Assembly: GCA_043228905.1 (NCBI GenBank)
Contig: JBHGNT010000005.1
Coordinates: forward strand, 16,988,001 to 17,052,000
Direction of reading: 5' to 3'
DNA: 64,000 nucleotides
Source: Azolla caroliniana
Lineage: Eukaryota; Plantae; Polypodiophyta
Position 1 is the stretch's first letter. Each line of letters opens with the position of its first letter. Both the position numbers and the translations under genes were made by a program. The notes under the pieces were generated by a model. The model was not told the origin of the DNA. It searched no databases and saw only the letters and a list, made by a program, of their open reading frames with translations. Shown one piece after another: positions 33,401-44,834 of the stretch.

Positions 33401-36400
33401 ACCATGATCTCTACTTGCCCGAAGGCCGATTTTACCCTGGAGAAGGTGAGCCTCGCGCCCACCAACCTCCGTAGCACCTTCTCGCAATCATCGATGTGCG
33501 TCGCCGCGAATTTCCGGCACCCGTCCAGTCCGATCGTCTCGTCCTTTTCCTCCACCAGGCATCCCTTGATCGGGACGTCGTCTAGGAACGGCATGGTGAT
33601 GTCCGGGATACAATCCCTCAGTACCTTGTTCATCGTGTTCACAATGTGAGTCACCGAGTTCGTCCTTCCTTGCGGTAGGGTACACATCCGTACTAGGCCG
33701 AGAGGAGTTCGCATTGTCGTGATGTCTTTGCTCTCTATGGCTAGCTGGAACTGATCGTACCCCGAGTGGAGATCACCGACCGAGTAAATCTACCTTCCGG
33801 CGAAGGCCTCCGCGAACTCGTCTATTGTCGGTCCGATTCCTGCGTTTTGAATGGTCACCTTGTTGACCGGCTGCAAGTCTTGAATAAAGCGCAGCGTGCC
33901 GTCCTTCTTCGGCACGGTAAACCACCGATTCAAGTATGGGGCACTCGACGGTTCGAGGATTCCCATCTCGACCTTCTGCTTTAACAGCTCCATCAACTTC
34001 GGGATGTGAGCTCTGGGTACTGGAATCGGTTTGAGACTCCACGGCACATGCGGTACCGTGAATATCACCATCGGTTCCACGACTGTCGGGTCTACACACC
34101 CGATCTCCTCCGATGAGAATGCGAAGGCCTTCCCGTGCCTTCCGAGCATTTCCCGAAAAAGGTCCTCTTCCGCCAGGAGTAGGAAGCCGCCCCCACCGAT
34201 TTTGAGCTCGCGCAGCGTTATGTCAGTGAACGTGTGTCCTATGCGGGCCGGATTTCGTAAACTCGGGTCCGACGCAAGCCCCTTTATTCGCAACCCACTG
34301 CCCTCCGGCAAGGGAGCCGCGACTAGCCTCACCTTCCGGTCCACAGTCTTGTACCTCGTGTCCACCCGGGCTGTCCGATCCGACTCGAGCCCTCTACTGA
34401 AGTCCACGATGACTTCGTACATCTTTTCCGAACATACCGGAATCGTCCGGTCCTCTTGAAGGACTCCTCCGACTACCTCCCACAGCTCCCCCAAGGTATC
34501 GTCGAAAGAGACCGCCTCCACGGCTCCGTTGATTTCCTCTCCGAGGTCGAGGACGCCACATGCCCAAAGTCGCTCCTCCGCCCTTCTCTTCTTTCGGCCA
34601 ACAACGTTGACTATCGTACACCCTCCGTTGTCGGAGAACCAAAATTCCCTACTTATAGCACAGGTCTTCCTCGCTATCATACACTTGTGGGGTTTTCCCG
34701 GAGTGTCCGGACTATCGCGGCCCCACACCTTGATAGCCCTCTTCAAATATCCTCCCGGCTTTCGCCCCCGAGGGTCTCTCAGTTCCTCAACATCAGGAAC
34801 TGGACCGAGTGACGCCCATCCTAGCTCTTGACCCTTGCATAGGCCGAGCCGTTGTCCAGCACCTTGGTCTCCATCCGTGCTGCCATGATGTATGGTTCTC
34901 CTAGTATAACCGGATGTGAGGACGTCTCCTGCACGAAGAAGTGTTGGTCAATCTCGACATCGCCGATCTTTACTCGTACATTCGGGCAGGCTCCATGCAG
35001 TTCTTCGGTGGCACGCGTCGCTGCCCGTATCTTCCACCCGTGCTTGGTGTTGATCGGCCATTTCCCCTTCTTATAGAAGTCCATGGACATCAAATTGATT
35101 TCTGAACCGTGGTCCACCAACGCCACCACCGGTTCTTGAACATCTCCAATATTCACGGGGGTCTCCGTGGTCGCTCTGGCCCAGTGCGGCCTTGAATAGT
35201 GGCTCTCCGCGAACTCGTCTTCTAGCGCCATGTCCTCTATGTGCGTCGTCCACACCTCCACTAGCTTCTCGGGTTCTGTCTCCGTCGACAGCCGCTTCCT
35301 CTTCACCAAGTCTACGATGGAGTAGTGGAACTCCTTCTTGGCGCGTTCCACCTCTTCTTCCCGGACCCGTTTTTCCGTGCGGTCCACCCCTTCTTCCCTT
35401 AGCCATGCGCTGGCGAGGCCTTCTAGCATCGTTGGCCAGAACCCGGCTTTGTTCGTTTTCGGGGCCTCGCCACCTCCGACCCGAATACCAGCTGACACCG
35501 AGTACTGCACGGTCTCCGCGTGACGAGCCACCGCCTCCTCCATCAGCCTTTTCATACCCCCTTGCCCGACGTTCAGGTTCAGGGCCCTTCGGGTCTCGCT
35601 GGCGTGCACCCGACCGTTCGACAGGTACATCACGTTGCTTCTCATTGCCTCGGCGAAGTCCCTGCAGTCCTTCCGGATGTGCCCAACCGCGTCACACCAC
35701 ATGCACCTGTTTTCAGCCAGAGGTCGTCGGTCACGGGCCTGTTCGCCACCATCCCTCCGTGCCTGGGCGATCTGGAGATCATTTACCATCCGCGTCAGCT
35801 CCTCCAGAGCTGCTCCCCCGGACGAGCCCTTGACCATGCCGGTTGAAGCCGACCCGGTCTCGAGCCAATCTCGGGTCTCTTCCCTTCGCGTTGGTGGTGT
35901 TGGCCCGAGCTGCTTTGCTGCGACAGAGCCCGCCCCTGTCGATCCTTTGTCAACCCATTCCCGCCGTTTGTCGAAACGGCCACAGACCCTTTTCACCACG
36001 GCCCAGTCGGCCGTCAGCCCGTCATCAGTCTCGAATAGGAGACCTACCTGCTCCTGATCCCGCTCGTCAACCGACTTAACAAACAATAGGACATGGCTTG
36101 TGTCCAGAATGGTCCGGTCAAGCACCGAGAGGCGCGCGAAGCGTTCCTCAAACTCCTGAAGGAGCACTGTTGCGTTCCTTCCTTTGTCGGGGGTCTCCAC
36201 CCACTCCATGAAGTCCCGCTTCGAAAGTCAAAGCGCATCTTCAAGCTCGTATCTTTCGAGCAGCCGACCTTCGAACTCCTCCCAGGTCCGGCTCTCGGCC
36301 CGTACCTCGAGCACCTCCGTATGGATACCCGACATCGCCACTCGAGGGAATCCGACTAGACGCCTCTCTTCCGGAATGTCCCTCATTACCATCTCAGCCC

Positions 36401-37289
36401 GGTAGGACGCCAAGTAGCTCGTGGCATCCTTCCCACTAAACCGGCCGATCGTACCGACAACCGCCTCGATAGCCCTATCAAGGGTGCCGGTGCCTTCGCG
36501 CACACTCATTATACGGTCTATAGCCAAAGCCATGGCTTCTGCAAGGTCCGACCCCCTCATCTTCTACTCCTCTGCTGCCTGTTCACGTCGGGTTCACCAA
36601 ATATGTCGCGTTGTTACGCGCGTGCATGGAGAACAAGGCGGGACCACTGGGGTCTTGGACCGAGGAATAGGTGGGGAAAAGAGAGAGAGGGAGAGAGAGA
36701 CACGCTCACACACGGATAGACAAAGAAGCGCGCGGGAACGCAGCCCAATCAACACAAGAGACACAAGTTGGGCAGGAGATAGAGTATAAGAACGCGTATA
36801 TAAATATATGTATGCAGATGACTCTAACGGTTACAGCGGATCAGGTCGGCGAGACGGGTGTCGACGCCTGATCACCCACGCACACAGGGGAGCAAGATGG
36901 AGATTCTGCCAAAAGCACACGGGCGTTCCACGGAGCAGAATCAGCCTCTCGAGAACCTGCGCAAAGAAAGCTTATGGAGAACGATAGAGGAGAAGAGCTC
37001 GGTCCCAGTCCGATAGCACTTCGTCCCCTCTAGCACGCAATGCCTTCTCTCCCCGTCTCCCTCTCTTTTATAGCTCAAGGAGGGAGGCCGCCTTGCCCGT
37101 TTACACCACATTAATTCTCTGTCCTTTCGGACAGAGATACTCCTCGATTCTCCCTATAGAATATTTCTACCTAGGATCTGACCTTTGTGCCTACCTATCT
37201 ACTGTACCACAAGGGGCGTGCCCACGTGTAAGGGCCGGTTTACACACGCTATACACGGTTTGCGCCTGGGGACGGTTTTCTTCACGACA
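30485..37289 (-). mobile_element. Ty3/gypsy element G1 (non-chromovirus, tRNA-Trp-primed), both LTRs present, degenerate ORFs
   Basis: 686-bp LTRs 36604-37289 and 30485-31170; 4-bp TSD ACGT; PBS TGGTGAACCCGACGTGA at about 36599-36583; PPT at 31171-31180. Confidence 0.93.
31248..36560 (-). pseudogene. G1 gag-protease and pol (RT, RH, INT)
   Basis: CMWCDAVGHIRKDC knuckle; LVDHGSEINLM protease; LPQG and FLDD RT; VTVDTSP RNase H; YHDSPWAGH...CESC and GPY integrase. Confidence 0.9.
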
Positions 37290-38229
37290 ACGTGTGGCAA
37301 CAGGACCTCCCGCGCAAAGCTGGCGAGGTAGCGGAGCAGGATGCCAGTGGTTATGAAGGCCTTGTAAGAGAGACGAGCCAGCCAACTGCTCCACGGGAGC
37401 TATCAGCACGATGCCAAGGTTGAGGCCAGTAAAGTGCTAGCCGGACAAAGGGATCGACGACCAGCGGACAGCCGACGCCGAGACCGGCGGACTGCAACGA
37501 CTAGCTGGACAGATGATCCAGTAGCCGGTGGTCGACATCGGATAACGGGCCGGATAGGTGGTGCGGTAGTAGACAAACGGGCGGTGATGGCGACGGCGAA
37601 GGCCAGCCAGACAGAGACAACCGAGCGAGTGACAGCCAAGGGCAGAGCCGGTCCGACGGTTTGACTACCGACAAACAACGGCGACCGGACAGACACGGCC
37701 GGGGGACAGAACTGACTAGACAACCATTGACAACTAGAGACGAATAGTTGGATGGACAGTGGCGGACGGAGACACGAGGGCCAAGAGCTGGCTGGACAGA
37801 TGGGGAGGAAAAATCATCCCCTCGAACCAAGAGAAGATAGGAACGAAAAGAAGGCAGAGGCGGGAGTAAGCAACAGCAAGTAGAAGAAAGAAAATGAAGA
37901 AAGAGAAAACGAAGAAAAAGAAGAAAAAGATGCAGACAGAAAGCAAGTTGAAAGAAAGAAAAAGTAAAGAAAAGAAGAAGACAAAAAGGCAAAGAGACAG
38001 AGGGGGGGGCATAGGGCATTTGACGAATCATGAGGAAAATCATTCATGTCACCACAAAATCAATGCCTTTAGCAAACTCTCTACACTCGTCTCTCTATCA
38101 TATCAATTCGATGCAGAGAACCTAGGCAAAACCATTTGAGGCCTCACATCAAGCGCGAAGTACTAGACGCAAGATGGGCAGCAAGTGGGTGGCCATAGTA
38201 AAGCTCATCCCGGGGCGGACAACCACATG

Positions 38230-38755
38230 ATCGAGAGGATGGCTGAGAGGCTCGAACAATACGGTCGAGAATACCGTTGAGACGCGCGGCCGAGAAGACG
38301 ATTGGGACGAGTAGTCGATACGCGTGACCGAGAGGACAGTCGAGATGCGTGGTCGAGAGTATGACCGAGACGCGCGGCCAAGAGTACGGTTGAGACGCAC
38401 GCCCGAGATTACGACCCAGATGCGCGACCGAGAGTATGACCAAGTGATGGCCGAAAAACGACGACCAAGACGCGCGGTGAAAAGCATAGCCGAGACGCGA
38501 GGCCAAGAATATGGTCGAGATGCGCGGCCGAGGGTACAATTGAGACGCGTGACTGACAGCACAACCAAGATGTGTGGCCCAGAATACGGCCGAGAGACAT
38601 GGCCGAGATGCACGGCCCAGAATACGGCTGAGATGCGTGGTCGAGATGTGCAGCCCAGAATACGGTTGAGACGCACGGTTGAGAGTACGGCCAAGACGCG
38701 TTGCCGAGGCGCACGACCAAGACATGGCCGAGACGCAGCCGAACGATTGCCATGA
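38230..38755. repeat. Degenerate CpG-rich tandem repeat (about 17-18-bp subunits) in the non-autonomous LTR element
   Basis: Recurrent gagacgcgcggccgaga and agtacggttgagacgca motifs. Confidence 0.7.
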
Positions 38756-40571
38756 GATAGTCCAGAAATGACCAAGTGATGGTTCGGTTGCCATCAGACA
38801 GACACGACCGACAGACAAATACAACCTATGGACCGCAGTAGCTGGCGGATAGAGCCCGTCGGTCGACTGAGAGAGTCAAACAGCCAGCAGATAGAAGGAG
38901 AGAGGAGGCCAAGAGAAGACAAAGAGGAAGAAATGAAGAGGGAGAAGAAGAAGCAGAAGAAGAGAAGAACGCACAAGAAGAAAATGAGGAGACAGAAGGA
39001 AATGAAAAAAGAGAAGAGGGGTATGAAGAGAAATTTTCAAAAGCATAAGGGTAGAGAAGATGAAATTTCAGAAACTCAAGGGCATGAGATGAAATTTCAA
39101 AAGCTCAAGGGTATGATGTGAGATTTCAAAAAGTGGAGAGCAGAATGCAGAATTTCGAAAACTCAAGGCCCAAAAAAAAAAATTCAAAAAAAAACAAAAA
39201 CTTGAGGGTAAAAATTTTAGAGATCAAGGGTACAAAATACAAAGCTCAATTCACATGACATAACTGAAAAATACACATACATGTAACAAAATCATGAAAG
39301 GCCCATGCCACAATGGAGAAACCAATTGGTGTGTGGTTCAATTGAGCGACATTTTGACCGAACGAGAAGGTTCAAGTCAAGCAATGCTCCGATCGAAGTT
39401 ATCGATCGTAGAGCTATGATCCGGTCAATGGATTTCCAACCATTGAGACGACCGATGGAGTTCCGATCGTTAATAGTTGCCATGGCGAGTGGGTTCACCG
39501 TGCGATGCACTATCCCACAAGCGTGCCATGTGTTACCCATAAGAGTTGTACGGGGCGGTATAAGGGTAAAACACATTAAAGAGGTTGTTCGGTATGTGTA
39601 ATGTATATGAGTGTGAGCATGAGTATGTGTGAGCACATGCACAATTATGTACATGTGACAGGAATGTAACAATCTCTTTTTGTAACGGACATATTATTTA
39701 CCATTACATTATGTATTATATAAACCCCTTATGGGGCATGGAATGGATATAGATTTTTCCCCTCTCATTTGGTGTCATTTCCTATTTGTCTTTCTCTCTT
39801 GCTCTCTCTCTAATGTAACCCCCTTGGGAGGAAGGCTTCACCCCCCACCTCATTAACACATGCCCCATTTCTACTGGTTTGAGGCGGTCCGGACGACTGT
39901 CTACATCTAAAACCAGATCGGTGACAAGGTGTCAGCACATGAGCTGTATTTCGGGTGCAAGCCGAATTTGAGACACCTTTGGATATTCGGTAGCATTGCA
40001 TATGTGCATGTGCCAGATGAGAAGCGAAGGAAGTTGGATGCAAAGTCGGAGAAATGCATCCTGGTCAGTTACTGACATGAGCAAAAGGGCTACAAGTGTT
40101 ATAACCCCCGGACGAAGCAGGTTCAAGTAAGCCGAGATGTCAAGTTCGATGAATCGGCATCATGGTACTCTTTACCGGCTCCGCCTTCCGACCCCGACCC
40201 GATACCGGAGGATGAGGTTAGTGAGCCTTAACCGGTCTAGTTAGAAGATGAATGGTTCGAGACTCTAGATGAGAGTCAAAAATCGTTGCGGTTGAGTGGA
40301 CCGAATGAGGAGCTGAGTCGGTATGACCAGTTGAATGAGGAACCGGCGAGTAGTGGTGACTCTATCGTGCTCTCCCCACGCAAGGAACCGAGGAGACGGT
40401 TCACGCGCTGTCGTGAAGATTTTCGGCAATAGTGTGAAAATCCCATAAAACGTACGAAATCGAGTATGAATCACATAGTACAATAATTGTGAAGATAACA
40501 TTTTAAATAGATTTAATATCTAAGTACAAAATGATGGAGGTTTCGAATGCACTTTATTACATGAGAAACGG

Positions 40572-41885
40572 ACAACTAAATGTCAAGATATGAGGGTATA
40601 AAGTTTGTAAAAGGAAAAGAGAAAATTGTGAGATATCCCACATAGGCACGACAAATACAGCTCTCATCATATATAAGGTGGAGCAAAAGATATTATCTTT
40701 GTGTCTATGTGTGGAGCATAGAGAGTTCAAAGTAACTTGAACTAAGAGTGGAGGTGGGCTAGCTACTCGTAAAGGGTTATGGCCAACCAAAACCGGACCG
40801 GCGATGGAGCCGGTGATCCAGGGGCATCCGACAACAACTAAATGTCAAGATATGAGGGTATAAAGTTTGTAAAACGAAAAGAGAAAATTGTGAGATATCC
40901 CACATAGGCACGACAAATACAGCTCTCATCATATATAAGGTGGAGCAAAAGATATTATCTTTGTGTCTATGTGTGGAGCATAGAGAGTTCAAAGTAACTT
41001 GAACTAAGAGTGGAGGTGGGCTAGCTACTCGTAAAGGGTTATGGCCAACCAAAACCGGACCGGCGATGGAGCCGGTGATCCAGGGGCATCCGACAACAAC
41101 TAAATGTCAAGATATGAGGGTATAAAGTTTGTAAAACGAAAAGAGAAAATTGTGAGATATCCCACATAGGCACGACAAATACAACTCTCATCATATATAA
41201 GGTGGAGCAAAAGATATTATCTTTGTGTCTATGTGTGGAGCATAGAGAGTTCAAGGTAACTTGAACTAAGAGTGGAGGTGGGCTAGCTACTCGTAAAGGG
41301 TTTTGGCCAACCAAAACCGGGCCGGCGATGGAGCCGGTGATCCGGCGGCATCCGACAACAACTAAATGTCAAGATATGAGGGTATAAAGTTTGTAAAAGG
41401 AAAAGAGAAAATTATGAGATATCACACATAGGCACGACAAATACAGCTCTCATCATATATAAGGTGGAGCAAAAGATATTATCTTTGTGTCTATGTGTGG
41501 AGCATAGAGAGTTCAAGGTAATTTGAACTAAGAGTGGAGGTGGGCTAGCTACTCGTAAAGGGTTTTGGCCAACCAAAACCGGACCGGCGATGGAGCCGGT
41601 GATCCGGCGGCATCCGACGGCATCTGACGGTTACTAAATGTCAAGATATGAGGGTATAAAGTTTGTAAAACGAAAAGAGAAAATTGTGAGATATCCCACA
41701 TAGGCACGACAAATACAACTCTCATCATATATAAGGTGGAGCAAAAGATATTATCTTTGTGTCTATGTGTGGAGCATAGAGAGTTCAAGGTAACTTGAAC
41801 TAAGAGTGGAGGTGGGCTAGCTACTCGTAAAGGGTTTTGGTCAACCAAAACCGGACCGGCGATGGAGCCGGTGATCCGGCGGCAA
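40572..41885 (+). repeat. Five tandem copies of a 262-bp unit in the G2 5' LTR
   Basis: Units start at about 40572, 40834, 41096, 41358 and 41630; only one copy in the 3' LTR. Confidence 0.93.
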
Positions 41886-42635
41886 TCCGGCGACGGCATA
41901 GGGCACCGGTATCCGACGAAGCACCGGTATCCGACGATGGCATCCGACGACGGCATCCGGCAACGACACCGGTATCTGACAACGGCATCCGGCGACTAGA
42001 TAAATAAATATATAAATATATATACATATTTACATATACAAGGAGGGCAAGTAAGGATTTGAACCTTGCACCTCCAAGTTAGGAGTCAATTGACTTACCA
42101 TTAAGCCATGCTATTTAGTTGAAATTATATTTCTATCATTGTACTTTTACATGTAAATTCTCATACATGACAGCTAAAATGAGTGACATGGTTATCATGC
42201 ACCACATGTAATACATAAGCGCGAAATGGCAAACATGCAATTTATGCATGTCTTATACCCTCACATGCATCATATGCATGAGAGCATCTATAAAAGAGGG
42301 AAGGGGGAGGAGAAAAAAGGACGGTTTTTTTTTATTATGAAATTAAGAAGAAGAAATTCGTTATCAAATTGATGGTGTAACTTGTTTCTTAAATCCAAAG
42401 ATAAAAAGTTCAATCGATCTTTCTCAATCGTTTAATCTCAACTTCTCTCTTTCCCAAACTATCTTAAGTACTTTCTCACCAAAGCTTGTATCGACTCTAA
42501 ATCCTTCCGGTCCAGAACCCCGGTGGTTCCGCCTCACGATCCGCGCGTAGTGACGTATCTTCACGACATAATTAAGTGGTGAACCCGACGTGAACGAGGT
42601 GGTAGGAAGGATCAAGTCGAGATTAATACTTGGAG

Positions 42636-44834
42636 ATGGCGTCCTCAAGCAACCAAGCGGGAGAGCTCGAAAGGATGATGCTAATCGTCGAGCAAATGAT
42701 GAGATCTCGGGACAACGATGCGAGCGTGGAGAAGGCTGTCGATCGTGTTGTAGAGCTTGAGGGCCAATTCGATTGAAGGAACGTTACGAAGTTCCTTGAT
42801 GCATATAGAAGGGAGATGAATCAAAGGGACGTGTCCGAGGCACGTCAAATCGCAAGTTTAAAGAGAGTTGTCACTAACAACATCCAAAGACGCGTTATCG
42901 AGCTTCAAGAAGGTAAGACAACATGGTCCGAGTTCGAGAAAACGATACTAGCGGAGTTCGTGGCTGAAGACTCAACGAGGATGACTCGACATGCCCTGAT
43001 GAAGTGGATAGAGAAGAAGAATAAGAAGATGAGCGTCTCGAGGGTGTACGACGAATTCGACCAGATGTTTAGTCATCTCCCCAATACGGACCAAGTGTTG
43101 CTTGCAGAGGACAAGACTTTGTACTTCTTGAAGGCCGTGGACATAAAGGATAGACGGGAGTTGGGGACTCTTCTCGAAGATGATACCCAAGCAAATGGCC
43201 TCGTAGCAGACTGGATCGCGGTGAAGCGGGCATGCAATAGGCTCGACAAGCGTCGCCAATGGGTTGATGACACCGACTTGACGGGACCGACTACCACGGA
43301 GAAAGCAAGACCGCCGAAAGTAGCTGAGCCGCCAAGACAAAGTAACGTGGAAGAAAAGAAGATTGATGACGACATCATTGAAGAGCTAGCGAAGAAGTTC
43401 GAGAAGGTCACTCTAGCCAACATGAATCGTCGGGGCCCTAAAGGAAAAGAACCCTTTAGATGTGTGTGGTGCGATAGCATGGACCACATGAGAAGGGATT
43501 GTGCGAGCCTTCGAGAGGCGATTCGACAAAATATTGTATACATAGAAGACAACATGATCTACTCAAGCGAGACTAGAAGACCCCTACGGGTGAATTTCGG
43601 AAGAGGAAGAATGAAGAGATCTATGGAGGATGCCGATGTGACTCATGTGGATGCGATGCACTATGTTGCGTCGGCCGGAATAAGAGTCGGGAAAGACAAG
43701 ACTGAAGCTGCTAGAGCGGGAGCAAAGTTTTGGACTTCCGTTCTCGAATATGAGAAGAAGGGAAAAATCACATCGAGCGAGGTAGAGGTTGCAGACCGAA
43801 GCGTGCAAAGCATAACCGGGTGGTCGGATTAGGTGGACGACAACACCATACTCGCAGAGGTGATGTGCGACAACCACGAGGTGTTCGTCAAAGAAAACAG
43901 AAAGAGAATAGAAGAGCAAGGGCCATCAAAAAGACATGAAACAAGGAACGTGAAAAAGAAGGACGATGCGGAGACGAGTCGACCTTTACAAACGGAGGAA
44001 CGAGAATCAAGCCGAAAAGGAGAGCCGAGCATACGAGTTGAAGAAACGGTTCGGCCCATGAAGGTTGGTGTCGAAGACCCCGCTCGGAGGACAAGGACCA
44101 TACCTACCTATAAGCTAAGGTCGGACATAGAGCAGACGACGGACCTAAAGAAGATTCTCAAAGAACGAGTTCTTGATAGCCACGTAACTTTGTCCTTGAG
44201 GGAATTGCTTGGCATTATGAAGAAGGAGTTCCATGACATGATCGTGGACCTTGTAAAGAGAAAGAGACAACAATCGGACGAGGAAGAAGAGAAGCCGCAA
44301 AAAGCAAAAACGAATGCCATAACGATGGCAAGAGACGAAGTCGATGAAGATATGGTGTACAGCCACTATACTCGACCTCATTGGGCACGAGCGACAACGG
44401 AGACGTCGTTGAAGATCGGGGAGAAGAAAGAGACCGTGGTAGCCTTGATCGACCACGGCTCGGAGATTAACCTCATGTCAACCGACCTCTACAAAAAAGG
44501 AAGATGGTCAATCAATACAAACCACGGATGGAAGATTCGCGCGGCAACAAAGTCTACGGAGGATTTGTATGGAGCTTGTCCCAATGTCAAAGTCACGATC
44601 GGGGATGTGGAGATGGATCAACACTTCTTCGTACAAGAATCGGCGTCGCATCCTGTCATCCTAGGGCAACCTTATATCACATCATCTCGGATGGAGACCA
44701 AAGTGTTCGATAATGGAGCAGCCTTCGCACGAATAAAGAGTCTTGACAACCAAAGATCGGTCCAATTCCTAACGGTGTGAGCCAATCATGAAAGGAATCG
44801 AGATAGTCTCGGAGGCGAATCCTCGGATTTTTAG
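42636..44834 (+). pseudogene. gag: G2 gag-protease ORF with a few premature stops
   Basis: CVWCDSMDHMRRDC knuckle; ALIDHGSEINLM protease; ends at GAT TTT TAG. Confidence 0.88.

Larger units (their letters stand above)
10082..39858. mobile_element. Non-autonomous LTR element (LARD/TRIM-like, about 3.8 kb of own sequence) hosting the DNA transposons and gypsy G1
   Basis: Direct LTRs 10082-10398 and 39531-39858 (TGTTACCC...CATTAACA); 5-bp TSD CATGT/CATGC in the copia integrase; no retro-domain ORF in its own sequence. Confidence 0.85.

Noticed and set aside
37403-39121. Long R/K-rich or F/L/S-rich ORFs as genes
   Set aside because: They arise from purine-skewed and GC-rich tandem repeats and show no domain signal.
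40557-42027. Repeated 77-135-aa minus-strand ORFs
   Set aside because: By-products of the 262-bp LTR repeat.
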